Below the pieces are notes generated by a model. That model ran no database searches. It was not told the origin of the DNA and saw only the letters and a program-made list of their open reading frames with translations. DNA of 62,786 nt, the filler included, from Basidiobolus ranarum (lineage: Eukaryota), in NCBI GenBank assembly GCA_040143965.1. It is 21 parts of 21 records of this genome, joined end to end, with 100 filler letters (N's around TTAATTAATTAA, not from the genome) between each part and the next. Parts side by side here need not be neighbours in the genome. Positions count along the whole stretch, not along the records: positions 1 to 2,907 come from JASJQH010002877.1; positions 3,008 to 5,913 come from JASJQH010002878.1; positions 6,014 to 8,919 come from JASJQH010002879.1; positions 9,020 to 11,923 come from JASJQH010002880.1; positions 12,024 to 14,925 come from JASJQH010002881.1; 16 more parts are not named here. The stretch is one strand, 5' to 3'. Below are positions 1 to 12,139 of this stretch, in pieces. The position numbers and the translations under genes were made by a program. How positions within the stretch are numbered: position 1 is the first letter of the stretch; each line of letters opens with the position of its first letter.

Positions 1-548
1 ATTGGATTGCATCTGCTAGTTAGGCTGCAAAGGTCCTTGTTCAGTTGTTCTTGGTGTTGATTTTGGAATGTTCTCAATAACAACCTCTGGCTCATAAAAT
101 CTTGCCTTCTGCGAACCAGTAGGTCTTAGTTCCTAAGGTGGAGAAGCTCTCTTGGTTGTGTAATCTTCACCAAGTGAGAAAAAGCATCTTCATAGTCAGA
201 TTCCCATGTTTGGTTTTGTTGCTGGTCAACAGCAAAGTGCTGTGTATTTTCATCAGGGTCTTCAACAGTTATTCTTCTGGTGTTGTTAACTGGTGGGTGG
301 TAAGTTGCTTTTATACCTCCTCTTCCAAAGCATGGCCCAACATTTCTGCCAATATGGTCAAGTATAAACTGTCTTGAGTCCAATTGGAGCTCTCCTTTGT
401 CTAGTAGTTCATTCAATTCAGGATAGCACTTCTTGGAATGCTTGGTTGAGTCACACCACACACAAATAAATGGGTGGGAAGATTGATAGGTTCCTCCTTG
501 GTAGGACTTGCCCTCATTCTTTAAGGTGAGATATGAGGGTATATCCAA
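1..548 (-). mobile_element. Decayed Ty3/gypsy-like gag region (zinc-knuckle-like segment)
   Basis: ORF 126-548 has CVWCDSTKHSKKCYPEL...FGRGGIK, which resembles fungal gypsy gag C-termini. The region is CpG-depleted like the other repeats. Confidence 0.45.
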
Positions 549-869
549 TCAAAAACAATTGTAAACTCAGCCAGCAGGGTCTAGAACAAGGATGCACTAG
601 TAGTGATTTATCCAAGGATATGAAAAGTTCCTTGCTTATGCAGACAAAGCTAGGGAAAAGAAATAAAGCATCAAAATACAACATCTACCTGTCAGTACTT
701 CCTTTGAGTTGGTCAAGTCCATTCTAGTCACACCATTGCCTGTTACTGTCTCTGGTAGTGACTCTTGAGCTTCCTCTTCAAAGGTTTTGTAAGCAGTGAT
801 GAAAATAAGGGGTGATCACAAGTAGTAATTGAGGCCAATACATGATCAAGTTAATATTGCCACAGCTGA

Positions 870-1557
870 ACAGATTGACTAGAGAATCCAGTTTGGGAGT
901 TTGGGTCATCAAGGGGCTGAAAATATGAGTAATTTAATTAAAAGCAAGATTGTTTTAGGACATAATTTTGTAATTCCACTAAATCTGCAGCTATGTGAAG
1001 GTTGCCTGTTTGGTAGGTAATATAGATAACCATTTGTGGGCTCCAGAATGAGCCAAATTCCTCAATCATTGGGCCTGATACTCTCTAATCTGTGTGGCCC
1101 AATGAAGACAAAATCCTTAGGCAGAAAAGGTATTTTATGACCACTGTTGAAGATAAAACAGAGTACACTTGCATACACTGCCTGGCCAGTAAGGAAGTAG
1201 TAATCAATATCTTCAATATATTCCAAGCACTGGTTAAGATTGAAGCAGGTTGGAAGAGCAAGATCATCTTTATTGATAATGGAAGGGAATATACTTCAAA
1301 ACTCTTCTCTAAATCTTGCCCAACACATTGGATAAAGCAGCAGACTACAGTACCATATTCCCCACTGCAGAGTGGAATAGCAAAATGTGTAAAAAGATCC
1401 ATAATGGGAATGGCAAAATTACTGCTTCTTGAATAAGACTTACCAAATCAGTTCTAGGCTAAATTGGTTGCAATTGCTGTATGTGCTAAGCATATATGTT
1501 TCTTTAGATCTCTGTTGACAATGACTCTTTATTAAGCTTGGCTTAGATGTATACCTG
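870..1557 (+). mobile_element. Decayed Ty1/copia integrase fragment
   Basis: LCEGCLFG (Zn-binding), LILSNLCGPM (cf. LIHSDLCGPM), IDNGREY (cf. SDNGGEY), TTVPYSPLQSGIAK (cf. TTVPYTPQQNGVAER), with stops and frameshifts. Confidence 0.9.
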
Positions 1558-2122
1558 TCCTAACAGAAATATGAGGATTTTTATTGTAGGAAAACTGTAA
1601 CAATTTTAGTCCATTTTGGAATGACAATTTACTTACCATCATAAAACATCAAGTTAGATTTGGGTTTAATCAAATTTTTCACTTTCAGGAGTGAAATTTC
1701 TAGATCTTGCAAAATAGTTGCTCATGATTGGCTACAATCTCAGAGAACTATGGATCAACACCTGTGCAAAAAACATAACACAAAATTTACAAATTTACCA
1801 CTTGAATGCTAATTTATCACCTTTGAAATTCCTTGTTTCTTTGATATATTCTCCTGAATATATATATAGAGTTCTTCATACCCAAGGTTTAGCTCATATC
1901 CAACACAAGTTTGTATCAATATCTTCATCAAAGCCCATCATTGTATTAACATTGCAGTAACAACATTCTTCCAGCTTACTGGCAGATACCCTGCAATATT
2001 GTGCCACTCTGTATTACATTCTTCTAAGATATCTGCAGGGTCAACACCAGCCTGAATGTCAAGTTGAATGTTCTTCTTCTGAAGCCACTCTCTGCATATT
2101 TGCACTGCATTTTTCCCTTCAA
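1558..2122. mobile_element. CACTA/CMC-like element: end A plus 3' part of accessory ORF2 (on - strand), inserted in copia integrase
   Basis: Begins (T)CCTAACAGAAAT and aligns by eye with 22948-23510 and 61691 onward. Confidence 0.85.
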
Positions 2123-2907
2123 TTTGGGTGAGTTTGAAATTTCCAATATGGCATTGCTAATACTCACACTGTTCACATATATATACAATATATGTTCAGA
2201 TTTGCAATTAAGTGATATTTGACTATGTAATCTAAACTAGCTTATATGTGATATATGAAATAGTTAGGTGTATAAAGATAGAGATTACAAACATGATAGA
2301 GAAATAAACTCCAACACTCCTACTCAATTAAATATTCATATATCTTAATCCTAACTTAAATCTTAATTCTTCATATTTTGACTTGGGTAATGGTTTGGTA
2401 AAGATGTCAGCAACCATGTTGTCAGTTGGGCAGTACTCTAGCTGGACATGCTTATTCTCAATAGCTTCCCTAACAAAGCAATATTGAATGTCAATGTGCT
2501 TACATCTAGCATGATATTTGGGATTTTTAGTTAAAGAAATACAACTCTGATTATCCTTGAATATTATGGTGGGTGAACTTTGAAAAATACACAAGTCTTT
2601 GAGCAGCTTCATTAACCACATAGCCTCCTTTGTTGTATGTGATGATGCCATGTACTCTGCTTCAGTTGTTGAAAGTGCTATGGTGCATTGTTTCTCTCTA
2701 TGCTAAGATATGGCTGCTTCACTATAGAGAAAGGTGTATCCAGGCATAAATCCTCTGTCCTCAATATTGCATTCTCAATCTGCATCACTAAGCCCAATTA
2801 GTGCTTTATTCTTGTAAGAATATGTGTATCTTAATCCCAGATCAAATGTCCCCTTCAAATATCTGAAAATCCCCTTAACTGCTGCATAATGCTCAGATCC
2901 TGGGTTT
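2123..2907 (-). mobile_element. Copia family B: RT end/RNase H, polypurine tract and partial 3' LTR (LTR starts at 2316)
   Basis: DNQSCI, KHIDIQY and ADIFTKPLP RNase H motifs; GAGTAGGAG PPT followed by TGTTG; near-identical to 26137-26916. Confidence 0.92.
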
Positions 2908-3007
2908 NNNNNNNNNNNNNNNNNNNNNNNNNNNNNNNNNNNNNNNNNNNNTTAATTAATTAANNNNNNNNNNNNNNNNNNNNNNNNNNNNNNNNNNNNN
3001 NNNNNNN
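2908..3007. other. Artificial contig spacer N44-TTAATTAATTAA-N44, first of 20 (others start at 5914, 8920, 11924, 14926, 17926, 20924, 23921, 26917, 29913, 32908, 35902, 38894, 41884, 44872, 47860, 50848, 53834, 56820, 59805)
   Basis: Identical 100-bp linker with stops in all six frames. The segments between linkers never increase in length (2907 down to 2882 bp). Confidence 0.98.
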
Positions 3008-3426
3008 AAATTCTCTGTATAATCTATTCGTGGTACTGGGAAATAGTCTTTGACTACTGGTCTAGCCTTGTACCTTTCTATATTACCATCAGAGTTGTGT
3101 TTAACTTTAAACATCCATTGGGAGCCAATTGATTTTCTATCATCAGGTAAGTTGGTTAAAGTCCAAGTTTGATTATTAATCAAAGACTGGTACTTATCAG
3201 CCATTGCAGATCTCCAAAATTTCATGTGAGGGCCATTCAGGGCCTCTTTTACAGTCTGAGATTCATGTATTTGAGCTGTGCAGGCATAGGCCCAATTTTG
3301 GGGCTCATTGATATAGTGAGTAAATTCCAATTGAGAATAATGGATAATATCTTAGTGAAATATACAATAACTAAGTACTAAGCTATATAGGACTATATAG
3401 ATGTTTAGGAAATGTTTATTTCAACA
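3008..3426 (-). mobile_element. Copia RT N-terminal fragment fused to the 5' part of LTR-A (internally deleted copy)
   Basis: NQTWTLTNLP, WMFKVK and ERYKAR motifs; 3310-3426 matches the start of LTR-A (TGTTGAAA). Confidence 0.85.
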
Positions 3427-3495
3427 ACTAAAACCCTATCATAAGTTGCCTCTAATATACAAAGTCTAACCCCATCATGTCAAGATCCTCCAACA

Positions 3496-3790
3496 GAAGT
3501 TAGCATAACCTAAACATCTATATAGTCATATATAGCTTAGAACTTAGTAACTCCATACTTCACGGAGATATCACTCACTATTCTCAATCAGAATTTACTT
3601 ATGATATTGACAACAACTTAGAAGTTCTCAAATATATAGATTTTTCAAACCTGTACTAGGACCCCCAAACTTTGCACATATGTTCCTGGGACCTTCCTTA
3701 GCACGTTATTTATGTTTCTCTATTTATCTCTTGAGAAAACTGTAAATGTCTACTCCGTGACTCAATAACTGATTATTTGTCACCTCTATC
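3496..3790 (+). mobile_element. Degenerate LTR of copia family A
   Basis: Matches 19410-19749 by eye (ccaaactttgcaca.atgttcctgggaccttcctta). Confidence 0.85.
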
Positions 3791-4356
3791 AAAAACTTTT
3801 CCTTCACCATGGCTCAATTCAAACGAAGAATTCCAACCATTATACATTTGTTTGAATTGCTACCGTTGCGGGAAATAGGGATATGATGTCTGAGTGGATA
3901 TCCATCTTGTTACCATCATCGGAAAAACTGATAACTGGCTGGCAGGAAGATTGGATAATATTAATATGGTTTTTGGTAATAATAGGTGCAGGGTAGATTG
4001 CGCCATAAAACTGGATTTACTGGTAAATTTCACGGTAAGAAGACTAGTAACTATCTATTACTTACAGGGGATGGGTTAGATGAGCCAAAAGTAGATAATG
4101 AAGAGTGGTTAACTATAATCAGATTGCTCTCAAACCCGAAACCTATTACTAAAACGGAAATTACTCACTGTTTCTCTGTTTGTTATGCTAAGAGAATGCT
4201 TCTTACTACGATAGAGTGGACACTTGCGGCATATGACTGATGTTGGCGGCGTAATCCAACTGAACAATTGGATGGAAGAAACAGCTCTCGTGATTGATTC
4301 ATAACCAACTGTATATAAGCATGGCTATATTATGAGTCCATTACAACTTTCTTCTC

Positions 4357-5445
4357 ATGTATTTCGTGGGTCTTTTTCTTGTATCGTTCCCATTGACCTT
4401 GGCTGTCTACGATAGCAGCTACCAAATTAATCCACTAGGGATTTCGTGTGTTTCTTGGCCTGATAACAGTTATGCCGTAACCATTGATGCCTCCAAGCCA
4501 AGCACTCCAAATATTCGAGAATCTCTATTACGAATCAAAGATGGGCAGGGAAATAGTCTATATGATGGCTCCACGTTGGAAAGCTTCCCTACCTTGTTGA
4601 CACTCTCAAATGGGAACCTTGCTATCCTGACAAATTCATTTGGAGCTACTGATGGATATCCTACGATCCAGGCGAAGATCATCCAAAAAAATGGTACGGT
4701 GACAAGGGACACATTTGATGTATATCATGGTGGTTATAATGCCTTTACCGCCTCAGCTCATACATCCGGTGGATTCATCGTTGCTTGGACCGGACCTGAT
4801 AGAAAAAGCTTCAATGTCTCCAGATACGAAAACGATGGGAACATATTGGACTCGCAGAGTAAAACATTTCCATCACCATTGGTACAAATTGATGTGGCAG
4901 CTGCCGTACAAGGCCGCTATTTAGTCAGCTGGCTAGAACGTGGAAGCAACACAACAGATACCGTTCTAACCGGTGCAGTAACTGGTGTATCGGATGTGAA
5001 TTTGGACAAGTCAAAATTGGTCATTTACAGAGCCAAGTACGATACAGGAATCACTACCCATGGTCAAATCTATACCTGTACTACCCAAACCAATGGGGAT
5101 GGTGTATGTATTTACTCAGCCTTTAAATTTACCAGTTTGAACCCACCCATCTCAACCGTAGATACAACTATTCAAACATTCACAGTCGATGGAACACTCA
5201 CTGAGAGTGTCCCTTACACTACCAAGAGTCAACCCACACGTGTATTCACTTTTACAAATGGAACATATGGTCTTTTTTCTAATTCGGACAAAGTACTTCA
5301 TTTCTTTACCGATCAAAGGGTTCTTAATTCAACCCTAACATTAGCAACTGATGGATTTTGTATCTTGAGTAATAGCACCATTCTCACCATTAGTCCAGCT
5401 AACGAAAATCGTGGCTGGGACACTCAAATATTCACATCTCCCTAA
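4357..5445 (+). CDS. Secreted beta-rich hypothetical protein, 362 aa, intronless
   Basis: Hydrophobic signal peptide MYFVGLFLVSFPLTLA; TATATAAG at ~4312; AATAAA after the stop; normal CpG content. Confidence 0.8.
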   Translation: MYFVGLFLVSFPLTLAVYDSSYQINPLGISCVSWPDNSYAVTIDASKPSTPNIRESLLRIKDGQGNSLYDGSTLESFPTLLTLSNGNLAILTNSFGATDGYPTIQAKIIQKNGTVTRDTFDVYHGGYNAFTASAHTSGGFIVAWTGPDRKSFNVSRYENDGNILDSQSKTFPSPLVQIDVAAAVQGRYLVSWLERGSNTTDTVLTGAVTGVSDVNLDKSKLVIYRAKYDTGITTHGQIYTCTTQTNGDGVCIYSAFKFTSLNPPISTVDTTIQTFTVDGTLTESVPYTTKSQPTRVFTFTNGTYGLFSNSDKVLHFFTDQRVLNSTLTLATDGFCILSNSTILTISPANENRGWDTQIFTSP

Positions 5446-5819
5446 ATCATAGATTTCTCCATCATTGTACATATCCCTATTCAGTATCATCTTTCAATAA
5501 ATTATTATCCCATTTGTCCAGTATATTATCACCTTTACCCTTTTCTCTTCAAGGATAAAGATCCTTAGATACTGACGCATCTAAACGAGTACCCGAAACA
5601 AATACTCACATCTAAAACAAACCAGATCTGCATATCACTACCTTAACCCTGAATCATTACAATGCATTGGGTAACATAATAGAGGGATGGAATATTTTAA
5701 TTGACCTATAAGATGTAAACCATGTGTTTCAGTAGATTCCCCCATATGTTTGTTCAGTATAAATGAGCCTAGATAGCTACAATGAATGTCACCTCTTTCT
5801 CTACCATCCCACTATCATC

Positions 5820-5913
5820 ATGAAATTCATCCTCGCCACCGGTCTCTTTGCCTTGTCTGCTAGCCAAATCGCTTTCGCTGAAAACGCTGGCTTGAATGAA
5901 GGTGCTGAGGACG
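5820..5913 (+). CDS. 5' end of a secreted protein (truncated by contig end)
   Basis: MKFILATGLFALSASQIAFA signal peptide; TATAAA at 5758. Confidence 0.7.
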
Positions 5914-6013
5914 NNNNNNNNNNNNNNNNNNNNNNNNNNNNNNNNNNNNNNNNNNNNTTAATTAATTAANNNNNNNNNNNNNNNNNNNNNNNNNNNNNNN
6001 NNNNNNNNNNNNN

Positions 6014-6547
6014 CCAAAAGCCAAGAGCTTGTTCTCATTGTGAGTGGTAACAAGAGTCAGCTATTTGCTAAGTGTCAGTGCTATTAAAAATTTCAGATAT
6101 TTAGCAATTTTCCACCATTAGTTTGCTGGTAAAGCATATTGATGATGTTAGGTTATGTCTAATCAGTAAAGTATGTGCATATGTATAATCTAAGCACAAC
6201 AAGATTCTTGTATTTTTTGATTCTCATTATGACTGGAATACAAAGCCTAAAATATCTAAATAAAGGCATGCATATTAATTTGAATACCTACAGCTGTAAA
6301 CCCTGTAATTTGCCATTCAAAAATTATTTTTTAAAAAAATTGCCAGATATTGAATAATGCATGCCAAATTTGAGGATCAATATTTTAACATGTATGAATA
6401 CAATCAAAATAACATCAAGAAACCACCATCACACCATCAAATCACTGGCAGAATGCAAGCCACCTATATTGTGTCAGTTCTTGGACTGCTTTGCTCATTT
6501 GCAGGGTGGATCTAATCCAGATCATATTGATTTTATTTTTGTTAGGG
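6014..6547 (+). mobile_element. CACTA/CMC-like element: transposase C-terminal tail and end B, nested in ORF2 of another copy
   Basis: Ends ...ATTTTTGTTAGGG, the inverted counterpart of CCCTAACAGAAAT. Homologous to 12140-12665, 13300-13832 and 48134-48660. Confidence 0.85.
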
Positions 6548-8615
6548 TGTAATTGAGAGAGCACAATCTCTTCACTTCCACTATTGCTGGAAAGGAACAC
6601 TTCCAGTAAATTGATTGATTCTTCATCATTATTTGAGTGAGTTTCTGGCATGTTAATGCCTTCCAAAGTAGTTAGTGGATTGCTAGACTGCTCATCAATT
6701 AAGTCCTCTGTTTTTGCTGATTTTTTTCCTTTGGTGCCAGCAAGCTTTGTCATGGAAGCCAATTTTGATTTAGATAGTGAAAGCTTTTCAAATGGCATTG
6801 AAATTTTTAGATGTAAAACTTGGTGTAATGAAATTGCTTAGAAACAGCTTGTAATAAACCAAAATTGCAATCTATTAACAGAAATATCATCTAAATGCCC
6901 TGATGACTCATCTGTGACACTGTCTCAGAATCAGTACAACATTCATGGGCTATATCTAAAATACAAACCCTATGTAGGAGGTGTTCTTTTTTCTACTATA
7001 TCCTTCTCATGCTGCAACACAATAATTAAAGAAGCCCTGCTATTACTGTAACAAATATTTTTGCTATGAAAGCTAGAGGCCTCATAGAGAAATTAATCAC
7101 CCACATGGTCACTATACAAAGCCACCAATTGCACAAGGCCTGGTGAATATCAACAGTAATAAGTGCACAAAATCTACTTTAGTTTTGCCCACGGAGTCCA
7201 CTAACTATACTTTGCCTGAAATTTTTAGTAACCCCACCAAAAGTTGAGATACTGTGGAGTTACCTCAGTTATCTGACTAGAATGATGTATCTAGAAATAC
7301 AACTTGGGTCCAACCAGTAAGTCCAGACAATTTTGACAACTTGCTGATAGATGTTAACCCCAGTTATTCCAGTATTATTGGTATTATATCAGAAGTTGAA
7401 GAAGAAGACAACAGTTTTGTTATGGACTCTTTGTTATTGGCAAGCATTAGTCCACTCATAACACTTGCTGTGAAGGAAGCTGCTTTGATTATTCAGGAGT
7501 GGAGAGTTCAATACATTCTTGGCAACCAGGTGTTTATGGGATTTCCTACACTTTTACCACAGTTGATTTGCAACTGTTGCTCACCACAGACCAGGTACAA
7601 GCAGAAAACACTTGTCAGTTGTATGACAGATAATCCTTCAGTAATTAAACTACCTTCATGTCCAATATGTTGTTTAGTCCCAAACTTTGGACACATGTTC
7701 CTGGGACATTCCTTCACACATTCAACATATTGGTCTGCTTACATCTTGAACAAACTATAAATGTCAACTTACTACTGAATAAATCAATACATCAAAACCA
7801 CCAATCCCTCTAATTCTCCTAACCACTGCCAAAAGGCTCCCAGTTACTTTAAGAAATATTTTATTAAAGTTAATATCTTGGTATGTATTGGTGACATTGC
7901 TACCATCATTAAAGTAGGAGTTTTTTATGGGCACAATGCACTATCTTGCTGTAGATTTTGGCAAATCAACAGAGTTTACTCTATCAGGCATATGCATTAC
8001 TACTATCCAAAAATAAAGCTAAACTCCATGATTTTACCATCAAAAGCCTAATTAGATTTCAACATGAACACTGATATCAATTTATCAAATAGTTGGTCCA
8101 ATATCAAACTTGGTGTTAGCCATAGGACAAACATTTTATTGCTAATGGGGATCAGCAGGAGCCAGATCTTCCCATTAGGCACTTTGAACCTACTATTGAG
8201 CCATGTTGCACTACTACTTACTCAGCTATATAATGGAAAATTCAATATGAAAGAGCCATTTGAGAAAGGATCAAAGTTTGAATTGATTGCAAATATGCTT
8301 GATAACATCAAGATACCAGCATATTTTACCAATACTCATATCAATAACCACTCTTCTACATGTTTTTTCAAAGGCAAAGACTGGAAGTATTGGATTTGCA
8401 TATATTCCAGTGTATTCTTAAAAAGATTTCTGCCTTTAAGTATCAGCTACATTAGGAGTAGTTTGTGGATATTATTATTATGTCCTTATGGCATTAACTC
8501 ACATTGACAGCTCTCAGGCAGATACAGCAACTGTGCAAAGATTTTGTAATTAGATATGAAAAACTTTATTACAGGTTAAAAGCAAATACACCAAATCTAT
8601 GCTGTTATTCAATAC
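6548..8615. mobile_element. CACTA/CMC-like element central part: ORF2 5' end (-, ATG ~6796) head-to-head with decayed transposase (+, ~7250-8615), interrupted by an LTR-A fragment at ~7680-7853
   Basis: SVIKLPSCP, GHNALSCCRF and HYYYP transposase motifs on +; MPFEKLS..KSKLAS ORF2 start on -. Confidence 0.85.
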
Positions 8616-8919
8616 CCCTAACAGAAATTTGAGGATTGTTATTGTTGGAAAACCATCACAATTTTAATCCATTTGGGATTGACCGTTTACTTACCATCAT
8701 AAAATCATCAAGTTAGATTTGATTTTAATCAATTTTTTCAGTTTCAGGAGTTAAATTTCAAGATCTTGCAAAATAGTTGCAAATGATTGGCTAAAATCTC
8801 AGAGAACTATGGATCAACACATGTGCAAAAAACGTAACTCAAATTTTACACAATTACCCTTCATGTCCAAATGGTTGTTTGGCTTTCACCGGTGATCTGA
8901 AAAACCTGAAGTCATGTAC
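8616..8919. mobile_element. CACTA/CMC-like end A inserted in a transposase, followed by another transposase fragment
   Basis: CCCTAACAGAAATTTGAGG start; 8859-8919 encodes PSCPNGCLAFTGDLKNLKSC. Confidence 0.85.
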
Positions 8920-10034
8920 NNNNNNNNNNNNNNNNNNNNNNNNNNNNNNNNNNNNNNNNNNNNTTAATTAATTAANNNNNNNNNNNNNNNNNNNNNNNNN
9001 NNNNNNNNNNNNNNNNNNNACCAATAGAAGCTACGCCAGCTTAGCAACTATGGCCACCTATTGAGTTGAATATTTAACTCTGGTTCGAGTATACGAACTG
9101 GTTGGTTTCGCATAAAATGTTGATGTAAATAGAGGATCAAAGGTGAATCACTTTTATAAGCCATTCATTAAGAATGTGATTCAAGCCGTATTGTATCAGC
9201 TACTCTTCATTATCAACAGTAGATCCTTGGTTCGTTAGAAACAGCATATGTAGATTTGGAGCTAAATAACAGTGTGATGAATGAGTAGGAATCAACAGAA
9301 AATGGAAGGAGGAAATTTACTTATATTCATATGGCTAACATATGCTGAATCTTTACCGTTACTTCTATTCTAAGACATCTATCGCGATACCGTCACTTCT
9401 TCAATATATTGAACAGGTTGCGAATTTTAGTGATAAGATATTATATGTATCACTTTTCTCTGTGCGCTAAGAGTTCTGGCCATGTTTCACTTCTCATCGT
9501 TTGGATACTTTACAAAAGACAAGTATAGTGATCTCACTACTATTTCTATGTTTGTAAGCAAACCAGGATTGCTCTCTTAATTAGTACTATTGGCAATGTT
9601 TCAACTAATGGATCTACATTGTTCAGGACGATCATCATACGAATACGGAGTTATAGGTATATATTATTCCTTCATGATTGGGCAGGCACTTGATTTAATT
9701 ACTTCTAGTCTAGGCTAATAATATTGTCTCTGTTGACGAAATTTGATATCAAAAGCAAATCCATATCTATATCAAGTATACCGCGAACTCAAGTATACCG
9801 CGAACAAGCCATTAGATTAACCAAAGTACTAACGGCGCAGTCGAATCATAAAAAAGATGGCGAAAATATGCATTTAATATTTTTATGGAATGCAGCGATG
9901 TTTCGTGGCAACATATTCTATTTGGTTGGTTAACATTTCCACTTGAGTATAAGGGTTGGCGTCTGTATGTATTAAAATGACTCTTCAATTATATTCGTAA
10001 AGTGGGACAAATTAAGAGTTGCCGTTGATTTGCA

Positions 10035-10788
10035 CTAATCTGATACAAAAGGATAGTAGATAGGGTGGATATGTTCTAAAGTGACATGGCTCTTTACCAT
10101 CTCCTGTTGAAGTGCTTTACAACCCGCACAGTCGTTTGATTGTAGGTCGCTGCCATCTTGAATTGGCTGTGCGCAATATTTAGATGAAGACGAGGATACC
10201 GTTGGTATAAGTGGCAATGGAAGTGAGGCCATTGGCTTAATTGATAAAGGTAGCGAGGTAATTAACCTCATCTTGGTTTCTGTTTTCATATCTAAAGTTG
10301 AATATTTCGCTCTTTTTTGGGTAAATGGACCCGAGATGCGTTGGACAAGATGAAGAGACTCCGGTCGATTACGCCTGAAATGTTGATGTTCATACACTAT
10401 CATCGATGCATTACTGTCCTGCTTACTTCTTCTGCGGTTGGAAACCCGAATAAACCCATATATCTGTTTATATCATTAGTATTATTATCGCTGCTATACT
10501 ATATAGTAATATGACTTGCATTTAATTGTCGAGAGAAGTAAACTTATTAGTTTCCTAGTATAGAGGTAGCACTTTCGAAGCTAAATTAATAGGATCTATG
10601 ATAATAAACCTGGTACCCGACCAGTCCCAGGTTATCATATCATAGAAACCTATCTCAGAGAGAATACTTAAAATATTGGCAAATTTACTTTGTCGCAAAG
10701 AGAAGACAATAGAATCAAATTACTTTGAAAGACTTCGCACAAATGGATTTACGCGAATACTAAGCGTATTGGTGTATTCCTCTAACAT
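10035..10788 (-). pseudogene. HSF-type DNA-binding domain transcription factor pseudogene (3 exons)
   Basis: Spliced translation MLEEY..NPFVRSLSN/ILSE..DMITWDWSGTRFIIIDP..ASKVLPLY*ETNKFTS(frameshift)RQLN/IYGFIRVS..YEHQHFRRNRPESLHLVQR. Intron 1 is GT-AG; intron 2 is GC-AG with a TACTAAT branch point. Confidence 0.85.
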
Positions 10789-12139
10789 GTTTGAGTTCTT
10801 TTACTTTGCGTAACCGTAGCCATATTTATTTTACTTTAACAGTGGCCATCTTTATACAAATAATTCAGAACACTATCAGTAAGATCTTGCCTAGGTTGGA
10901 TTTGTTGCATTCTATGTGTTCTATTCAGTTCATATCCTCTTGGGTACATACCCAATGAGTTAGGTGGTCATGACACTTGAAATATTTATATCGTGATAGT
11001 GTATATATTGAGATTCAATAATGAATGCAGTTGCCATATTAAAACAGGAAGTACTTAATAAACAAAGCTATCTCATCAACAATGATTAGGCTTTATCCTT
11101 GAAGTTAATTCATGTATGCTTGGTGCAATAGAGGGGCATGCCCTCTAATCACTTTCGTTGATAACTTTCTTTTTCTTAATCTGAATTATTCATACACTAT
11201 AAGAGTGATTCACGCGTAAATACAGTCGCCGAATCGCGAACCGAACCAGCTCGTAAGCAGAATTAAATCCATACCTGACTGAAGTTTCAAGATATTTGTC
11301 TGACATGCATGAGTTGTAACTTTCATGTTCACCATTTTATGAAAGTTTGTGTAAAAGCTTGTCAGTAAAAGTGGTGACACAATCTGAGAATTTCAAAAGT
11401 TGATCTGCTTAAAAGTACAAGCCTAAATATTATTAATGGAGTTGTTGAATATTCATTTCTTAGGGTTAGGGCCTAACCCTATCCCGATTATGCTTAAGTT
11501 CATAAAGATGACACTTGAATTGTTACTATTAATATTGATACTTCTCATTTTGGACTTCGTGGACTGTTTTCTGACCGTCGCTTCCCAACTCCTTTGTTTT
11601 AGTGATATTTACACTTGGTGTATGATATTTAAAAGATTCTTTAATAGATTCCTACCCCTAACGCTTATGTTTACGGAATGATGAGCCACTTTTTCCTAAC
11701 CCTTTTTCCTTAATCTTAGTGCTGCATACGAACCATACCCTTATCTCATCGTTCTCCCTCTTCTCTGCTCATTTAATGATGAAGTTCGAGATATCTCTGA
11801 CTAGCATCTGACACTGGTGGTTTTCCTATTTGATACTATGGATGTTTCGTCCAGATTACCGCGAGAATGAACATACGCATACGTACACATAATATTTGAT
11901 ACCTTCACTCGACTTACCTAGATNNNNNNNNNNNNNNNNNNNNNNNNNNNNNNNNNNNNNNNNNNNNTTAATTAATTAANNNNNNNNNNNNNNNNNNNNN
12001 NNNNNNNNNNNNNNNNNNNNNNNATCCATCACCCTCTGGCATGATCAATTTCAATCACATTTACTTTAATATATTGATCCAAGGTCCGATAAATCCTGGC
12101 ACAATGGAACAAGTCCTTTAAGGAAATGGCAAAATCCAA

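Noticed and set aside
6442-6798. 118-aa ORF as a real gene
   Set aside because: It is chimeric: the ORF2 N-terminus reads across the nested end B junction at 6547.
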